In this document: positions 32,276 to 41,890 of the stretch, one piece after another
Layout: every line of letters starts with the position of its first letter
Position numbering within the stretch: the first letter of the stretch is position 1
Origin: Candidatus Saccharimonadales bacterium
GTDB lineage: Bacteria > Patescibacteriota > Saccharimonadia > Saccharimonadales > SZUA-47
Reading direction: 5' to 3'
DNA: 64,000 nucleotides
Assembly: GCA_041737385.1 (NCBI GenBank)
Contig: JBGSRU010000007.1
Location: forward strand, 5,552 to 69,551
Program-made: the position numbers and the translations under genes
The notes under the pieces: generated by a model
Told to the model about the DNA's origin: nothing
The model's database searches: none
What the model saw: the letters and a program-made list of their open reading frames with translations, nothing else

Positions 32276-32302
32276 TTAGCACTCTCGTATGGCTATTGCT
32301 AA
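32276..32302 (+). promoter_or_regulatory. CIRCE-like inverted repeat
   Basis: TTAGCACTC-N9-TATTGCTAA: left half 9/9, right half 7/9 against the consensus. Confidence 0.45.
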
Positions 32303-32373
32303 TCAAAACAATGTCATGTATCATGAATTAACGACCAACCATATACATAGGTTAAACAACAAGGAGGGAATAT

Positions 32374-32814
32374 ATGTATTCAGCAGCAGTTAACGCCCAC
32401 ATTCGAGAATTGATTGAACAAGTTATGGAGTATAGAGATCAAGGACAATGGGGTAAATTAGAACAATTATTTACCGAAACTCCATACATCGACGAAAGCG
32501 TATTCACTAAAGAAGCACCCGGCAAAAAAGCCGCATCGAGTGTTCTTTATGGATGGCGACGTATGATTCGTGATCTGTATTACAGCGCACGACACAAACT
32601 TGGTGCAATGGATATCGAACGAACAGGCAAAAAAGAAGTCGCAGCAACAAGTGAAATTGAAGCGCGATACTACACGCTAAAAGACGGTGAACGATATGTG
32701 CATAAAATGAACGGTAGCTACGAATATAATTTTCGTAAAGTAGCTGGTCGTTGGAAGATTGACAGCTTAAAGCTTAAAATCAACAAACAGTCATTTGAAC
32801 CAATTGGTTCGTAA
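32374..32814 (+). CDS. SnoaL/NTF2-like fold protein
   Basis: 146 aa. Strong AAGGAGGGA RBS. C-terminal GRWKIDSLKL is typical of NTF2-like proteins. Weak family call. Confidence 0.5.
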   Translation: MYSAAVNAHIRELIEQVMEYRDQGQWGKLEQLFTETPYIDESVFTKEAPGKKAASSVLYGWRRMIRDLYYSARHKLGAMDIERTGKKEVAATSEIEARYYTLKDGERYVHKMNGSYEYNFRKVAGRWKIDSLKLKINKQSFEPIGS

Positions 32815-32864
32815 AGTACCACGCAAAGTTTAAGCATAAGCTCTAGCTATGCGATAATGCATGC

Positions 32865-33545
32865 ATGAATGTTTTGTTTGTCTATGCGCACGAAGATCCA
32901 AAGTCTTTTGGTGCAGCTATGCATAACCGTGCGCTGAGTTATTTTGAGCGCGGAGGACACACGACCATCGTGTCTGATTTATATGGCTCAGGCTTTCATG
33001 CGGTTGCGGCTAAATGGGATTTTAAGGTCTCAGGTGGTGCTCACCAAAATTATATGCTTGAACAGAACCGTGCGGCATCTGAAGAAGAGTTTAGCGCCTT
33101 CGCTGAGGATATTAAGTCTGAGATAGCTAAGGTCCGCGCAGCAGATTTGCTACTTATTGAGTTCCCACTATGGTGGAGCGCTCCACCAGCTATTTTAAAG
33201 GGTTGGTTCGATAAAGTCTTCGCAATGGGAGTGACGTGGGATGGAAATCATAGGTACGAGAGCGGATTATTACGGGGTAAAAAGGTTCTCGTTGTTGCTG
33301 GCGCTGGCGATCCAGAAAGTTACTATACAGCAGAAGGCCTACACGGCGCGACGGTAACGCAACATTTGTATCCCTTGCTCCATAGTACTTTAGCGCACGC
33401 TGGACTTGACGTTGTTACTCCTTTCATAGCAGCTGGGTTAACTTCAGCCAATGACGAAGATAGACAGAATTTATTAGAAGACGTCGAGAGACATCTTGAA
33501 AAAGTCGTGTCATCACCTGAATTTATTTATAAACACTCAAAGTAG
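32865..33545 (+). CDS. Flavodoxin-like-fold NAD(P)H dehydrogenase (quinone) family protein
   Basis: MNVLFVYAHEDPKSF... and FPLWWSAPPAILKGWFDKVF are typical of the NQO1/MdaB-type Flavodoxin_2 family. Confidence 0.8.
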   Translation: MNVLFVYAHEDPKSFGAAMHNRALSYFERGGHTTIVSDLYGSGFHAVAAKWDFKVSGGAHQNYMLEQNRAASEEEFSAFAEDIKSEIAKVRAADLLLIEFPLWWSAPPAILKGWFDKVFAMGVTWDGNHRYESGLLRGKKVLVVAGAGDPESYYTAEGLHGATVTQHLYPLLHSTLAHAGLDVVTPFIAAGLTSANDEDRQNLLEDVERHLEKVVSSPEFIYKHSK

Positions 33546-33551
33546 AACCAT

Positions 33552-34106
33552 CTAGTATGGTTTTTCTTGCAAGCGAAGCAGCCACGCGAGTATGTTGAAC
33601 GTCGGATGAAGCACCAAAGCAATTATCACTCCAAGCAGGTATTTATCGAGTGGCAAACTAAGAAATGGCAGCGATGTTAGCATGCCTCCTATAACAAAAT
33701 CTAACTGATCAAATGGTACCCAACTTTTACCTGGAGCTATCCCTATTTGCCGTTTAAAAAAGCTTTCAACAGCGTCTCCTGCAACCGCGCCAAATCCCAT
33801 ACTCATGCCCATAACAATAACAATCGCTGAGCGATAGTCTACGAACAGAGAATAGGTATCAAACAAAGAATAATTCCGGGCAAGTAGTAGTTGTATCGCT
33901 CCGACAATTCCTCCCATAACGATGCCCGCTAATATGCCCCTAATTGTTTTGTGCTCGCCGAATATACGCTTTCCACGAAATGTTTTATTGAAATCAAGTG
34001 GCTGATTATAGCGAGTAATATAGGGTAGGTTATTGGCGATGACTGGCGCCATGTTTGCCACTCCGAGCGGGAGGAATAACCAAAGTAATGTTAAGACATC
34101 TTGCAC
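33552..34106 (-). CDS. CDP-archaeol-synthase-like (CarS / DUF46 family) membrane cytidylyltransferase
   Basis: LFLPLGVANMAPVI...PLDFNKTFRGKRIFGEHKTIRG...GAVAGDAVESFFKRQIG...DQLDF parallels the conserved blocks of archaeal CarS. Confidence 0.65.
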   Translation of the reverse strand: MQDVLTLLWLFLPLGVANMAPVIANNLPYITRYNQPLDFNKTFRGKRIFGEHKTIRGILAGIVMGGIVGAIQLLLARNYSLFDTYSLFVDYRSAIVIVMGMSMGFGAVAGDAVESFFKRQIGIAPGKSWVPFDQLDFVIGGMLTSLPFLSLPLDKYLLGVIIALVLHPTFNILAWLLRLQEKPY

Positions 34107-34112
34107 CTTAGA

Positions 34113-34820
34113 TTACGGCCTTTGTATTAGTTTTTTAAAGCGATTAAGTTTCGGAGCTAGCATATCAGCAAGTGTAGGTCGCGTATAAATCTTACGCGCA
34201 GTACGAGCAAGGCTAATTAGTTGCTGTTTATCAGGAATTTCGTTGAGTATACTGTATGTTTTACCAAGCGCTTTCGCGTGGTGTGCATCACTACTAGCGA
34301 GGACTGGTACACTCTGTACGCGCGCCCATGTATGCGCTTCTGGACCTCGGTTTTGAAAATATGCACGTCCGTTTGCACTTTCAACTATGTCTATTTGGTC
34401 TCTTATTCGATCTAGCGAAATACGCGAAACGCCGCTCCTTACAGTTTCAAAAGGGTGAGGGATGTAGACAATAGCATCTTGGGCCTTAATATCTTTTATC
34501 GTCGATTCTAGAGACCGGTTTGGTTCTACTCGTCTAGTGAGGAACAAACCAATAACTTCGCCGTCTAAGGTCATTATCTCTTCGCCAACAATTACTTTAT
34601 CCGGTCCAAGTTTTTCTTGAAGTGATTGTGCGAAATCGATGCGATTATGATCAGTAACTGCGACACAATCAAGCTGGCCATTGTTAAGCACCTCTTCATA
34701 TTGTTGTGCAGTTATAGAACCGTCGGGTGAAGCTATTGAGTGAGTGTGTAAGTCTACTTTGTACAAATCAGCTATATCATTTCTTTTTTGTATTACTTTT
34801 CGCTGTATAATCTTCAGCAC
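34113..34820 (-). CDS. PHP-domain phosphoesterase
   Basis: VDLHTHS..SPDG, AVTDHN, HPF, SDAH metal-ligand motifs. Confidence 0.8.
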   Translation of the reverse strand: MLKIIQRKVIQKRNDIADLYKVDLHTHSIASPDGSITAQQYEEVLNNGQLDCVAVTDHNRIDFAQSLQEKLGPDKVIVGEEIMTLDGEVIGLFLTRRVEPNRSLESTIKDIKAQDAIVYIPHPFETVRSGVSRISLDRIRDQIDIVESANGRAYFQNRGPEAHTWARVQSVPVLASSDAHHAKALGKTYSILNEIPDKQQLISLARTARKIYTRPTLADMLAPKLNRFKKLIQRP

Positions 34821-35439
34821 TGAGTAACCGCGAAACCTCTAAAAAGCGCATAGCGGCAGTGATGAGGTTAATAGCAATAATCAGATTTAGGATAGATGGA
34901 ACAAAACCGGATACAAGCCCAATAATCAGTAGCGACATTCGTATCTCATAACTTGCAACTCCTTGGGAGAAAGCTCGGTTTAAAAGCTGTTTGTCATGAG
35001 CGTCTGTAGAAATTGCCATTTCTCCTTTGGCTTTGACGTAACTTACCAATAAACTCGTACCAACAACCGCTGGAACGACCCATGGACCAATGATAGGCAG
35101 ATCATTGTTCACGTAGACGGCAAGCGCACTGTAGATGAGTACTTCTTTTAGTCGATCTGTCGTTGCGTCAAAGAACATCCCCATCTTTGAGGCAGATTTT
35201 TGCTCACGCGCTAATGCACCGTCTAACGCATCCATGAGCCCGAACACTGCAATTAACAGAGCACCTAAGACTGGCTGACCAGTCCAAAGTGCCCAAGCTG
35301 CAGGGAAGTGACCGAGCAGAGACAAGGTTGTTATGTGGGCTGGTTTAATTTTGCCTTTACTCACTTTGTTAAGATACGTTGCAAGCTTGGCCATCAGTAT
35401 CTTAATAGTGTTTGTGATGCTTTCGACGGGATCATTCAT
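34777..35439 (-). CDS. CDP-alcohol phosphatidyltransferase family protein
   Basis: Complete DGx2ARx8Gx3Dx3D motif (DALDGALAREQKSASKMGMFFDATTD). Polytopic. Confidence 0.88.
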   Translation of the reverse strand: MNDPVESITNTIKILMAKLATYLNKVSKGKIKPAHITTLSLLGHFPAAWALWTGQPVLGALLIAVFGLMDALDGALAREQKSASKMGMFFDATTDRLKEVLIYSALAVYVNNDLPIIGPWVVPAVVGTSLLVSYVKAKGEMAISTDAHDKQLLNRAFSQGVASYEIRMSLLIIGLVSGFVPSILNLIIAINLITAAMRFLEVSRLLSAEDYTAKSNTKKK

Positions 35440-35577
35440 AATAAGTAGTATATAGAAATCACGTGTGCGTATCTAGTAAGTGCTTCAGGTAAGTGCCTGA
35501 AGCAGAAGATGTGTTATATTAGAACATAATACGTAATTAATTAAAGCGAGACGACTACAGAACACATAGAACCAGTT

Positions 35578-36072
35578 TTGGAGCAATTTATCAGCCCTCC
35601 AATCCCATATGAACTATTGCATGGCCCATTGACTGCACCTGATATAGCCAGTGCAAGACAAAATGGAGCTAATTGTTATGCTTTGTATCGTCTTGCGCGT
35701 AAAGCGTTAGGCGTAGAAGAGAACTTGCCGAGTGAAGGGTTGTATGAGGCCGTTTTAGCGGTTCCGTCTTTAGGTGCAGAAGATAGAACTGGAGATCTTA
35801 GAGTGGGTGACGGTATATCGTTCGGTCCCCAAGCTCCAAAGATAGCGATTGATAGGTTCATGCCTGAGTTTGATGAGCAAGGATATCTTATGAATTGGAG
35901 AGATTTTCCAATTCGTCATATAGGAATTGTTGCTTCGGTTGGCGGAGATACGGGTCCGCAAATTCTTCATGCAAGTCAGTACGATGGTAAAAGTACAATT
36001 TGGCCGCTTGACATGTTTCAAAACTTTCCTCGTTACGCTAGACAATTCGGCACACATCGCACAGAAGTATAA
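35578..36072 (+). CDS. NlpC/P60-like (papain-fold) hydrolase candidate
   Basis: GANCYALY (Cys), VGDGISFG, RHIGIVAS...ILHAS follows the C...GD.hF...HhGIh...hHA pattern. The TTG start is uncertain. Confidence 0.5.
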   Translation: MEQFISPPIPYELLHGPLTAPDIASARQNGANCYALYRLARKALGVEENLPSEGLYEAVLAVPSLGAEDRTGDLRVGDGISFGPQAPKIAIDRFMPEFDEQGYLMNWRDFPIRHIGIVASVGGDTGPQILHASQYDGKSTIWPLDMFQNFPRYARQFGTHRTEV

Positions 36073-36149
36073 AATATAAGCTATAAATTTGACATATAAC
36101 CATAGGAGTGTTTTAATCATAGTATGATACTTATTGCAATTTCAGTTCA

Positions 36150-36246
36150 AAACCGCCGCCGCTCACGTATATATGGGAGCGATGCTTGTAGTTGTTAAAT
36201 AATAAAACTTAAATGCCTTTCATCGCTCCGACAACGGGGCGTTTTT
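36150..36246 (+). promoter_or_regulatory. Structured leader / possible attenuator upstream of argH-argG-argS
   Basis: 9-bp stem GGAGCGATG/CATCGCTCC (36176-36184 / 36231-36239). GGGGCGTTTTT follows immediately before the argH RBS. TTGACA lies at 36099-36104. Confidence 0.3.
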
Positions 36247-36263
36247 AATTGAAAAGGATTTAC

Positions 36264-37484
36264 ATGAAACATTTAAAAAAACAAACTCTCACGACTAAAT
36301 TATGGGGAGAATACGATACTGACGAGCTTATATCGTCGTTTACGATTGGCGATGACCTAAAATACGATGCACTGTTACTCAAATACGACATTGTTGCAAC
36401 TAAAGCTCACATTAGGATGCTTGAGAATATTGATATTCTCACGAATATAGAGGTTGAGAAATTAGATATTGCACTAGATGAACTAGAAAAGAAGTTAACA
36501 GATAATAGTTTCATGATACCTGCTGTTTTTGAGGATGGTCATAGCTTCTTAGAAGCATTTTTAGTTGATAAATGCGGAGAAGTTGGTAAAAAAATACATT
36601 TTTTAAGAAGTAGAAATGATCAATCACTGGTTATGATGAGATTGTTTATGAAGCAAAAACTCGACGATATTCATGCTCTGACAGCAGAAGTTATTGGTGC
36701 ACTAGAAAAACAAGCAGAGAAAAATAAAGAAATGTTGATGCCGGGGTATACACATATGCAGAAAGCCATGCCGACGAGAGTAGATACTTGGTTGCTTTCT
36801 TTTGCTGCAGGGCTTACTGACGCACTTTTATTGGTTAATGCTTCAAAGCAGATAGTTAATCAAAACCCACTTGGTTCAGGTGCTGGTTTTGGATTTATCG
36901 GTCAGCAAGTTATACCAAATCGCGAAATAACAACACAACTTCTCGGCTTTAAGAAGACTCAGCAGAATCCTATGTATTGTGGATTGAGTAGAGGGCTATA
37001 CGAGCTCATGATTCTGCAATCTATTCAGCCAGTTTTATCGTTAATGAGCCAGCATGCGTCTGATCTACTGCTGTATACCATGAAAGAGCTAAGCTACTTT
37101 TCTTTGCCCAAAAATTTGACGACTGGGTCTTCGATAATGCCACAAAAGCATAACTATGATGTATTTGAACTCATGAGGGGAAGTGAAAGTGTATTCAACT
37201 CATATGTTACGCAAATTTACGGAATTATTTCGCACAGGACCAGTGGTTATCAGCGAGATTTGCAACTGACTAAAAAACCATTCATCGAAGCGATCGCATT
37301 AGTTGAAGAAGTGCTAAATGTTTGGATTTTGACTATTAATAGTTTGAAGACAAATAAAAGAACTCTAAGTCGAGCTGTAAGTCCCGAACTTTACGCCACT
37401 CAAAAAGCGAATGAAAAAGTTATGCAGGGAATGAGCTTTAGAGATGCTTATATAGAAATTAAACAAGAACTGGAGCAATTATAA
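36264..37484 (+). CDS. argH: Argininosuccinate lyase
   Basis: Fumarate-lyase family (GYTHMQKAMP, GSSIMPQKHN). Start at ATG 36264 after AAAGGA. Confidence 0.9.
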   Translation: MKHLKKQTLTTKLWGEYDTDELISSFTIGDDLKYDALLLKYDIVATKAHIRMLENIDILTNIEVEKLDIALDELEKKLTDNSFMIPAVFEDGHSFLEAFLVDKCGEVGKKIHFLRSRNDQSLVMMRLFMKQKLDDIHALTAEVIGALEKQAEKNKEMLMPGYTHMQKAMPTRVDTWLLSFAAGLTDALLLVNASKQIVNQNPLGSGAGFGFIGQQVIPNREITTQLLGFKKTQQNPMYCGLSRGLYELMILQSIQPVLSLMSQHASDLLLYTMKELSYFSLPKNLTTGSSIMPQKHNYDVFELMRGSESVFNSYVTQIYGIISHRTSGYQRDLQLTKKPFIEAIALVEEVLNVWILTINSLKTNKRTLSRAVSPELYATQKANEKVMQGMSFRDAYIEIKQELEQL

Positions 37485-38749
37485 TGAATAAGCAAACGTC
37501 CTATCTAAAAATAGGGTCACACGAAGCTAGCAAGGGAGAATTTGACACCTGTCTACTGCTTTATTCAGGAGGATTAGATACGAGTGTTATGCTCAAATGG
37601 ATTCAGGAAGAATATTCTTGCAATGTCATAACACTAACACTTGATATAGGCCAGAAATCCGATGATCTCGAAGAAATTAAACAAAAAGCGCTCAAGCTTG
37701 GAGCAATAAAAGCAATTGTATACGAGGCTAAAGAAAGATTCGCAAATGAATTATTGAGCATAGCTATTAAAGCAAACGCAGACTATCAGGGCGGTTACGC
37801 ACTAAGCACACCACTCGGGAGAGTAATAATTAGTGAAGTTGCTGTGCAAATAGCTAATGAAAACGACTGCCAGGTCATCGCCCATGGTTGTACTGGTAAG
37901 GGCAATGATCAAATTAGATTTGAAACATATATTACGACGCTCAATCCAGAACTAAAGATAATTGCACCAGTAAGAGAGTGGTCAATGGGCCGTGATGAGG
38001 AAATTAACTATGCTAAAAAGCACAATATTCCAGTGAAGCAAACGGCTGAAAAGCCATATAGCTATGATGAGAACATGTGGGGAAGCACTGCTGAAGGTGG
38101 AGCGATAGAAGATCCATCAAAGATTCCAGTATTGGAGGATATACTACAATGGTCACATTCGCCATTTGCCAGTTCAGTCAATCCTACTGATTTGACGATA
38201 CAGTTTAGTAAAGGGCTGCCAACCCATTTGAATGGAAATAAAAAATCACTTGTTGCAATAATCATGGAGCTGAACAGATTGGGAGGTGAACATGGAGTTG
38301 GTGTTTTTAATCTAATAGAAGACAGAATGGTCGGCTTAAAAGTAAGAGGTATTTATGAAAATCCTGCTGCAACAATACTAATTACTGCCCATAAAAAATT
38401 AGAGATGCTAGTTAGCACGAGACAAGAGAACGAACTAAAATCATTCATTGATACGAAGTGGGCATATCTGACCTATGCTGCGCACTGGTATGATCCTGTT
38501 ATGAATAATCTAAAGGCATTTATTGAAATGCAGAATCAAAAAGTTTCAGGATCGGTCACTGTAAGAATAGGAAGTGGAAACGTATCAGTTGCAGCGCTTG
38601 ATTCTAAAAACTCATTGTTTGATGCAAGTTTTGCCACGTTTAATAGTGACGCGTCTTTTAACCAGAATGCGGCGGCAGGGTTTATAGAAATACATGCGTT
38701 GCCTCAAAAAACAGCTTACAATGTTGTATTGACGTATAATAGGAAGTAA
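37484..38749 (+). CDS. argG: Argininosuccinate synthase
   Basis: LLYSGGLDTSV PP-loop, AHGCTGKGNDQIRFE. Confidence 0.93.
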   Translation: MNKQTSYLKIGSHEASKGEFDTCLLLYSGGLDTSVMLKWIQEEYSCNVITLTLDIGQKSDDLEEIKQKALKLGAIKAIVYEAKERFANELLSIAIKANADYQGGYALSTPLGRVIISEVAVQIANENDCQVIAHGCTGKGNDQIRFETYITTLNPELKIIAPVREWSMGRDEEINYAKKHNIPVKQTAEKPYSYDENMWGSTAEGGAIEDPSKIPVLEDILQWSHSPFASSVNPTDLTIQFSKGLPTHLNGNKKSLVAIIMELNRLGGEHGVGVFNLIEDRMVGLKVRGIYENPAATILITAHKKLEMLVSTRQENELKSFIDTKWAYLTYAAHWYDPVMNNLKAFIEMQNQKVSGSVTVRIGSGNVSVAALDSKNSLFDASFATFNSDASFNQNAAAGFIEIHALPQKTAYNVVLTYNRK

Positions 38750-38751
38750 TT

Positions 38752-40410
38752 ATGGATGAAGAAATTAAAAAGATAGTCAAAGAGCTATTTGATATAGATG
38801 TTGCTCCAAGCGTTTCTATCCCTGAAGAGCAGTTCGGCGATGTGGCGACCAATGTTGCGATGCAACTAGCAAAGCAGCTCGGCCAAAATCCCCGTGATAT
38901 AGCGGATCAAATTGCGACAAAACTGCAAAATGCACCATTTGTATCAGAGGTGAGTGTCGCAGGTCCGGGGTTCATTAATATCAAACTCACCGACGCGAGT
39001 TTGATAGAACAAGCTTATTCAGCACCAAAAAAGATACTTGAAGGCAAAAAGGTGCTTGTTGAATATTCGGATCCTAACCCATTTAAGCCGCTACATGCAG
39101 GCCATCTATACACAACGTTAGTTGGCGATGTTCTCGCTCGACTCGTGCAGAACGCAGGCGCTGAGACAATTAGATTGAACTTCGGTGGTGATGTTGGAAT
39201 GCACGTCGGTAAAACAATGTGGGCGGTCGTAAAGACGCTAGGCGGGGAAGATGCTGCAGCAGTACAAGCACTACCCGTCGATACACTAGGCGAATGGATG
39301 GGTGCACGTTACGTTGAAGGAAACAATGCTTACGAGGATGACGAGCAAGCTCAGGCCGAAATTAGAGAAGTGAACAAACATGTGTATCAACTGCACAATG
39401 ACAACGATCACGAGTCAACGTTTGCGCAAATATACTGGTATCTACGCGACCAAAGCTATGAGTTTTTTAAGAAACTGTATACAGAACTACAAGTCGTTGA
39501 GTTCGATAGGTTCATGCCCGAGAGCGAAGTTGCTAACCCTGGACTAGAAGCGGTCAAAGCACATATTGGAGACGTTTTTACAGAGAGCGAAGGCGCGGTT
39601 ATTTTTGAAGGCGAGCAGTATGGACTGCACACTCGTGTATTCATAAATAAAGAGGGATTACCGACGTATGAAGCAAAAGATGTTGGATTATCGCTGACCA
39701 AGTGGAACGATTATCACTTTGACGAATCGATAATTATCACAGCAACTGAACAAGCACAGTACATGGAAGTCGTCATCAAGGCTATTGAACAATTTGCGCC
39801 TGAGCCTGCTCACAAAACCCGTCATTTGACGCACGGTGTCGTCAAGCTAAGTGGTGGAGTTAAAATGAGCTCCCGAAAAGGCAATATCCTGAGTGCTTTT
39901 GATATCTTACAAGCCGCTCGAGATGCTGGTGAAATATCTGGACAAGCAACGCAGGAAAACGTCATGCTGGCGGCAGTGAAATACGCATTGGTGAAGAACA
40001 GACTGGGCGGTGATGTTGTCTATGATCCAAAAGAATCGATAGCTACAGAAGGCAACAGCGGTCCGTATCTACAATACGCACACGCTCGTGCAAGAAGCAT
40101 CTTGCGGAAGTCCGAAACTCGAAACTCGAAACTCGAAACAAATCAGAAATTAGAACATGGCGAAAGAACACTTGTTCGGAAAATGGCAGAGTATTCAAGC
40201 GCAGTCGAGCTGGCGACCCGCGAACTTGCACCGCATCATATCTGTACATATTTATATGAACTTGCCCAAACATTTAATAGGTTCTACGAAAACAACAAAG
40301 TTATCGGTGACGATCGTGAAGCAATCCGCCTGAGTTTAGTCACACTATACACAGATATACTCAAAAAAGGCTTAACCCTACTCGGAATCACCGCCCCAGA
40401 GAAGATGTAA
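38752..40410 (+). CDS. argS: Arginine--tRNA ligase
   Basis: YSDPNPFKPLHAGH (HIGH-type), MSSRKG (KMSK-type), C-terminal DALR anticodon-binding domain. Confidence 0.93.
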   Translation: MDEEIKKIVKELFDIDVAPSVSIPEEQFGDVATNVAMQLAKQLGQNPRDIADQIATKLQNAPFVSEVSVAGPGFINIKLTDASLIEQAYSAPKKILEGKKVLVEYSDPNPFKPLHAGHLYTTLVGDVLARLVQNAGAETIRLNFGGDVGMHVGKTMWAVVKTLGGEDAAAVQALPVDTLGEWMGARYVEGNNAYEDDEQAQAEIREVNKHVYQLHNDNDHESTFAQIYWYLRDQSYEFFKKLYTELQVVEFDRFMPESEVANPGLEAVKAHIGDVFTESEGAVIFEGEQYGLHTRVFINKEGLPTYEAKDVGLSLTKWNDYHFDESIIITATEQAQYMEVVIKAIEQFAPEPAHKTRHLTHGVVKLSGGVKMSSRKGNILSAFDILQAARDAGEISGQATQENVMLAAVKYALVKNRLGGDVVYDPKESIATEGNSGPYLQYAHARARSILRKSETRNSKLETNQKLEHGERTLVRKMAEYSSAVELATRELAPHHICTYLYELAQTFNRFYENNKVIGDDREAIRLSLVTLYTDILKKGLTLLGITAPEKM

Positions 40411-40468
40411 ACTTGCTTTTTTATCGTTTTTATGCTATATTCATATAGTTAACCAAAAATAAATAACT

Positions 40469-41827
40469 ATGACACTAGCTCAAACTGAAATCGACACACT
40501 AATTGTTCCGCTTCTTCCTGAGTCTTCTCCGATTACTGAGCGGCGAGTGTTCAATGCCGAAATTGGTGTTGAACATGCGCTCGGTGCTCAAGTAGTGCGA
40601 AATATAGAAATAGATAGCCTAGCAACCAGTATAATAGATGATTCAGCTAGACTTATAATCCCTGATCCAAATATAGGACGAATAACTCGTGCAGTTGGTT
40701 TTGTTAACCGACATTTTGTTCCTGGCTCCGTTGAAGCGGTGATAGCAGCACGGGCAGCAGAAGACGCTGAAACAGCGAGAGTTGCCAAAACACTTGCTGG
40801 ATATAAGATTGAGAACGGCCTTGATGACGCTAGGGCTAAGTTGGCACACAAGGCAAAAGACATAGATATGGTGTTTAACAGAGTATATGAACGTGATTTG
40901 CCTGAAGATTTGCAGACTGATTATAGTAGGCATGTCAGAGAAGATTCAGGACTACCTAAAGATGTTCAAGATTGGATTACTGAAGAAACACCAGAAGGGA
41001 ATAATAGACTGCGTGCTTATTTAGAGCACCAAGTCACTGGTAGAGAAGAGGTACAAGATCATGAAACTTTAAATAGAGCGCTCGAAACTCAAAAGCGACT
41101 TTGGCTTCAAGCTACGAAAAAATCTATTAATGCAGGCTGGAATAGCGGTGATATGCAAAGAGCCGAGCGTGGAATGCAAGAGTTAACTACCGTATTCGGT
41201 GATTATTTTGATCTATATATGCATGAATTAGGCGGTTACGCATATATTGACAAGAACTACATTGTTCTAGGAGCTTCAGAGAATGAAATTGATTCATTAG
41301 CGATGCATGAATTTAACCACGTACGTTTTGGTAAACTTGAAGGAAAGTGGGCAGATGAAGCAATCACTGAACACGTTGCTCAAGTCTTCAAGGGCTTACG
41401 AGGCATAGAAAATATATCTGGAGGACAGATTGACCCCGAAACTCAACGTGTACTAAAAAGTAGATCAGATCGGACATACAGGGCTGCTCGACACATAGTA
41501 GGAAACTTGATTTGGATGGCGCGAGATAATTTGACAGTTTCAGATTTCACTAGAGCAAGTAGCAAGAATGTTGGTGACAGCAACGTAGGTCAAATAGAAA
41601 TCGAACAATTACTAGATGATTTGTTCGGTGTTGAGGGAGTATATAAATCTATAACGAAGTATGTTAAAAAAGCAGAAAATTCATATAGGCTGCTTGGACA
41701 AGGCCGCACTAAAGCATTTAATAATGCATGTGAAGACGTTTCACACTTGCTACAAAATGATCCTATTTCCATTTTTGGTGAAGGATTTAGACTTCCAGAA
41801 GTTGGCGCACGTTACATTCAAGTATAG
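40469..41827 (+). CDS. Orphan protein with an HEXXH zinc-metallopeptidase motif
   Basis: AMHEFNHVRFG followed by EAITEH. No signal peptide. AT-rich leader. Confidence 0.5.
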   Translation: MTLAQTEIDTLIVPLLPESSPITERRVFNAEIGVEHALGAQVVRNIEIDSLATSIIDDSARLIIPDPNIGRITRAVGFVNRHFVPGSVEAVIAARAAEDAETARVAKTLAGYKIENGLDDARAKLAHKAKDIDMVFNRVYERDLPEDLQTDYSRHVREDSGLPKDVQDWITEETPEGNNRLRAYLEHQVTGREEVQDHETLNRALETQKRLWLQATKKSINAGWNSGDMQRAERGMQELTTVFGDYFDLYMHELGGYAYIDKNYIVLGASENEIDSLAMHEFNHVRFGKLEGKWADEAITEHVAQVFKGLRGIENISGGQIDPETQRVLKSRSDRTYRAARHIVGNLIWMARDNLTVSDFTRASSKNVGDSNVGQIEIEQLLDDLFGVEGVYKSITKYVKKAENSYRLLGQGRTKAFNNACEDVSHLLQNDPISIFGEGFRLPEVGARYIQV

Positions 41828-41890
41828 ATTCTGCTTGTGCTAAATCTCGCGTACTGGCACAATAGAGGATAGTAAATGTGGGAAAAATAA

